Positions 62,201 to 64,000 of a DNA stretch of 64,000 nucleotides are shown in pieces. The stretch covers positions 189,410,001 to 189,474,000 of the forward strand of contig OZ024740.1 of NCBI GenBank assembly GCA_964016885.1. The letters run 5' to 3'. Source of the stretch: Eledone cirrhosa. Lineage: Eukaryota. A program made the position numbers and the translations under genes. A model generated the notes under the pieces. That model saw only the letters and a program-made list of their open reading frames with translations. It was not told where the DNA came from and made no database searches. The stretch's first letter is position 1. Each line of letters begins with the position of its first letter.

Positions 62201-63536
62201 CTAATATTGATAGTAACACTGATTTTTGACAATGGTTCATAGCGAGAAATTGTGAGTGTTGTGTACAGATGATTCACTCAATCCATTTCATTGCTCTTAT
62301 AGAAAGCCTTTTTGGGATGGCTGAACTTACTAGGAGTAACAGGTCGTCTTTCCTCGAATCATCTATCATTGTAAAATAGGAACCAGACACACGATATCCT
62401 TTAAACAAAGGTAGTTGTATGGGCCAGGATGAATCTAATCATTGGTTTGCTTGACCAAAGCGGAATTGAAGATAAACAACAGCTGATACTTATTTAACCT
62501 ATTCTAAAATATAAAGGACTAACTTGCATTCGGTGGGATTTGAAGCCAGAATGTAAAGAGGTGTAACAAAAGATTGCAGAACATTTTTGTTTGTCATTTG
62601 AAATGAAACAAAATAATCAAAACATTGAATGTGTCTGAGTTTCACAGCGGACATTTCTTTCCCCTGTCAATATCTCTATGTGAGGTTACTTTAGTTTCTA
62701 ATAGATTGGATGATAAACCAGTTCCTTAATTAATTTGTAAATTGTTAAGATAGGAAAGGAATAAAAATAGCATCATCTTAAGTTCTGTAGTTTTGTAACT
62801 GCTAAATTATAAACAGGACACTGAAGTTAGATGAGAAATTGGTCTATTCATTATATTGGCTTTTTTACCGGTGAATGAATAAGAAAGCAACCGACTAGAT
62901 ACATTTCTAGAATGAAGAATAGAGCAATAATGATTTCTAAATTAGGAAAAATGCCAAACATTTGTGAGGGTAATGGAATCTATTGAACCGATCTCAACTC
63001 TTGTTTGATACTTATAGTATCGATATTTATCGATAGTGGAAGAAAGTTGGAAATCGAAGTCAACATTGGCAAGATTTGAACGTAGAACATACGGGGATGT
63101 AAAAAAACAGCAGAATCGATGAAGTTAGTGATGTTCTATGTCGGTAAGAAGTAATGTAAATAATTAATAGAATGGAATAAAATACTACAAGTATATTACA
63201 ATTGTATTTATCACTCCACCCTCTAAGTGGTAATGATCATAACGATGTATTTTTAAGAAAAAACTAGTCACTTATGTAGATAAAGATGTTTGAATATGTC
63301 AAACGCTAAAAAACGAAAGTCAAATCGACTCTGTAGAGGTTTGAACTCAGAATGTAAAGGGAAGTAATTAGATACTGCAAGTTACTGCCTCATTCTATCT
63401 TCCGTGCCCTCAGCCTAAACAAACAAACAAAAAAACATTGATTTCTTACACTAGCATTGTTTCTTCCCTCCATCAATTAGAGCAACAGTAACTGACAAGC
63501 TGATGAACAAGTCGATATAGATGTCTTCAAATAATT

Positions 63537-63719
63537 GTTTCTACTTTAGGCACAAGGCCAGCAATTACCCAGTACATTACTGGTACTTTACTTTTCGACC
63601 CGTAAGGATGAAAGGCAAAGTTAACCTCGGCAGGATTTGAACTCAGACTGTAAAGGGACGTAACTATGCTAGAAAGCATGGCGTCCAACTCTCTACCGAT
63701 ACTGCAAATTCATCGCCCT
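63537..63719 (-). mobile_element. tRNA-related SINE (family 2), near full copy
   Basis: Minus strand has B box GAGTTCAAATCC, then ..tttgcctttcatcc..gggtcga..aagtaccagt..ggccttgtgcctaaagtagaaaca; many degenerate relatives (e.g. ~2520-2750, 51880-52330, 59720-59880, 62020-62170). Confidence 0.75.
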
Positions 63720-64000
63720 AGATGTCTTCAAATAATGATTAATGGCACTTGTTTTTATTTTCCTGGTATCGCAAGGCTGTGGAGTGGCGCCACAGTAAAT
63801 TTAAAGTAGTCACCTAACTGTCTGAATTCGAATTCTACCAGTCACCCTCATTTATTTTCTTTTTTGTCTAGGCTTGATACAAATATACGCCAGTTAGTAA
63901 GTCTTCTTGTCTAGAATGTGACACAGTTATTTGGAATGACACAAATCACAACAAATATGACTGCATTCACCATAAGTAGGAAATCAAATGAAGTTTGTGA

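Overview
Very AT-rich eukaryotic (metazoan) non-genic DNA dominated by long (TA)n/(TATG)n microsatellites; the SINE families and repeat landscape resemble an octopod cephalopod genome (inference only). No intact host gene is supportable, and nearly all ORFs in the track are microsatellite artefacts. The real content is a dense cluster of Penelope-like retroelements (PLEs): six Naiad-type copies (RT + C-terminal GIY-YIG; two near full length at 43620-46938 + and 32641-37742 -) and one C-rich PLE of another clade (54300-57500 +). Their termini and many orphan terminal fragments carry hammerhead ribozymes (HHRs): about 15 complete or near-complete motifs from roughly eight sequence families are readable by eye. 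Most of these units sit in (TA)n arrays and many occur as inverted (fold-back) pairs. Most notable: a recurrent CCGANGA (U4C) HHR core in unrelated families; a PLE family that keeps only the GAAAC..GUA half of the core yet starts at that site; a 649-nt non-coding HHR tandem resembling a retrozyme; an apparent retained 83-nt intron; an apparent swap of HHR-bearing termini between families; tRNA-headed fold-back units; and an ACUAAY array in a PLE 3' UTR. All folds and alignments were done by eye and coordinates may be off by a few bases.
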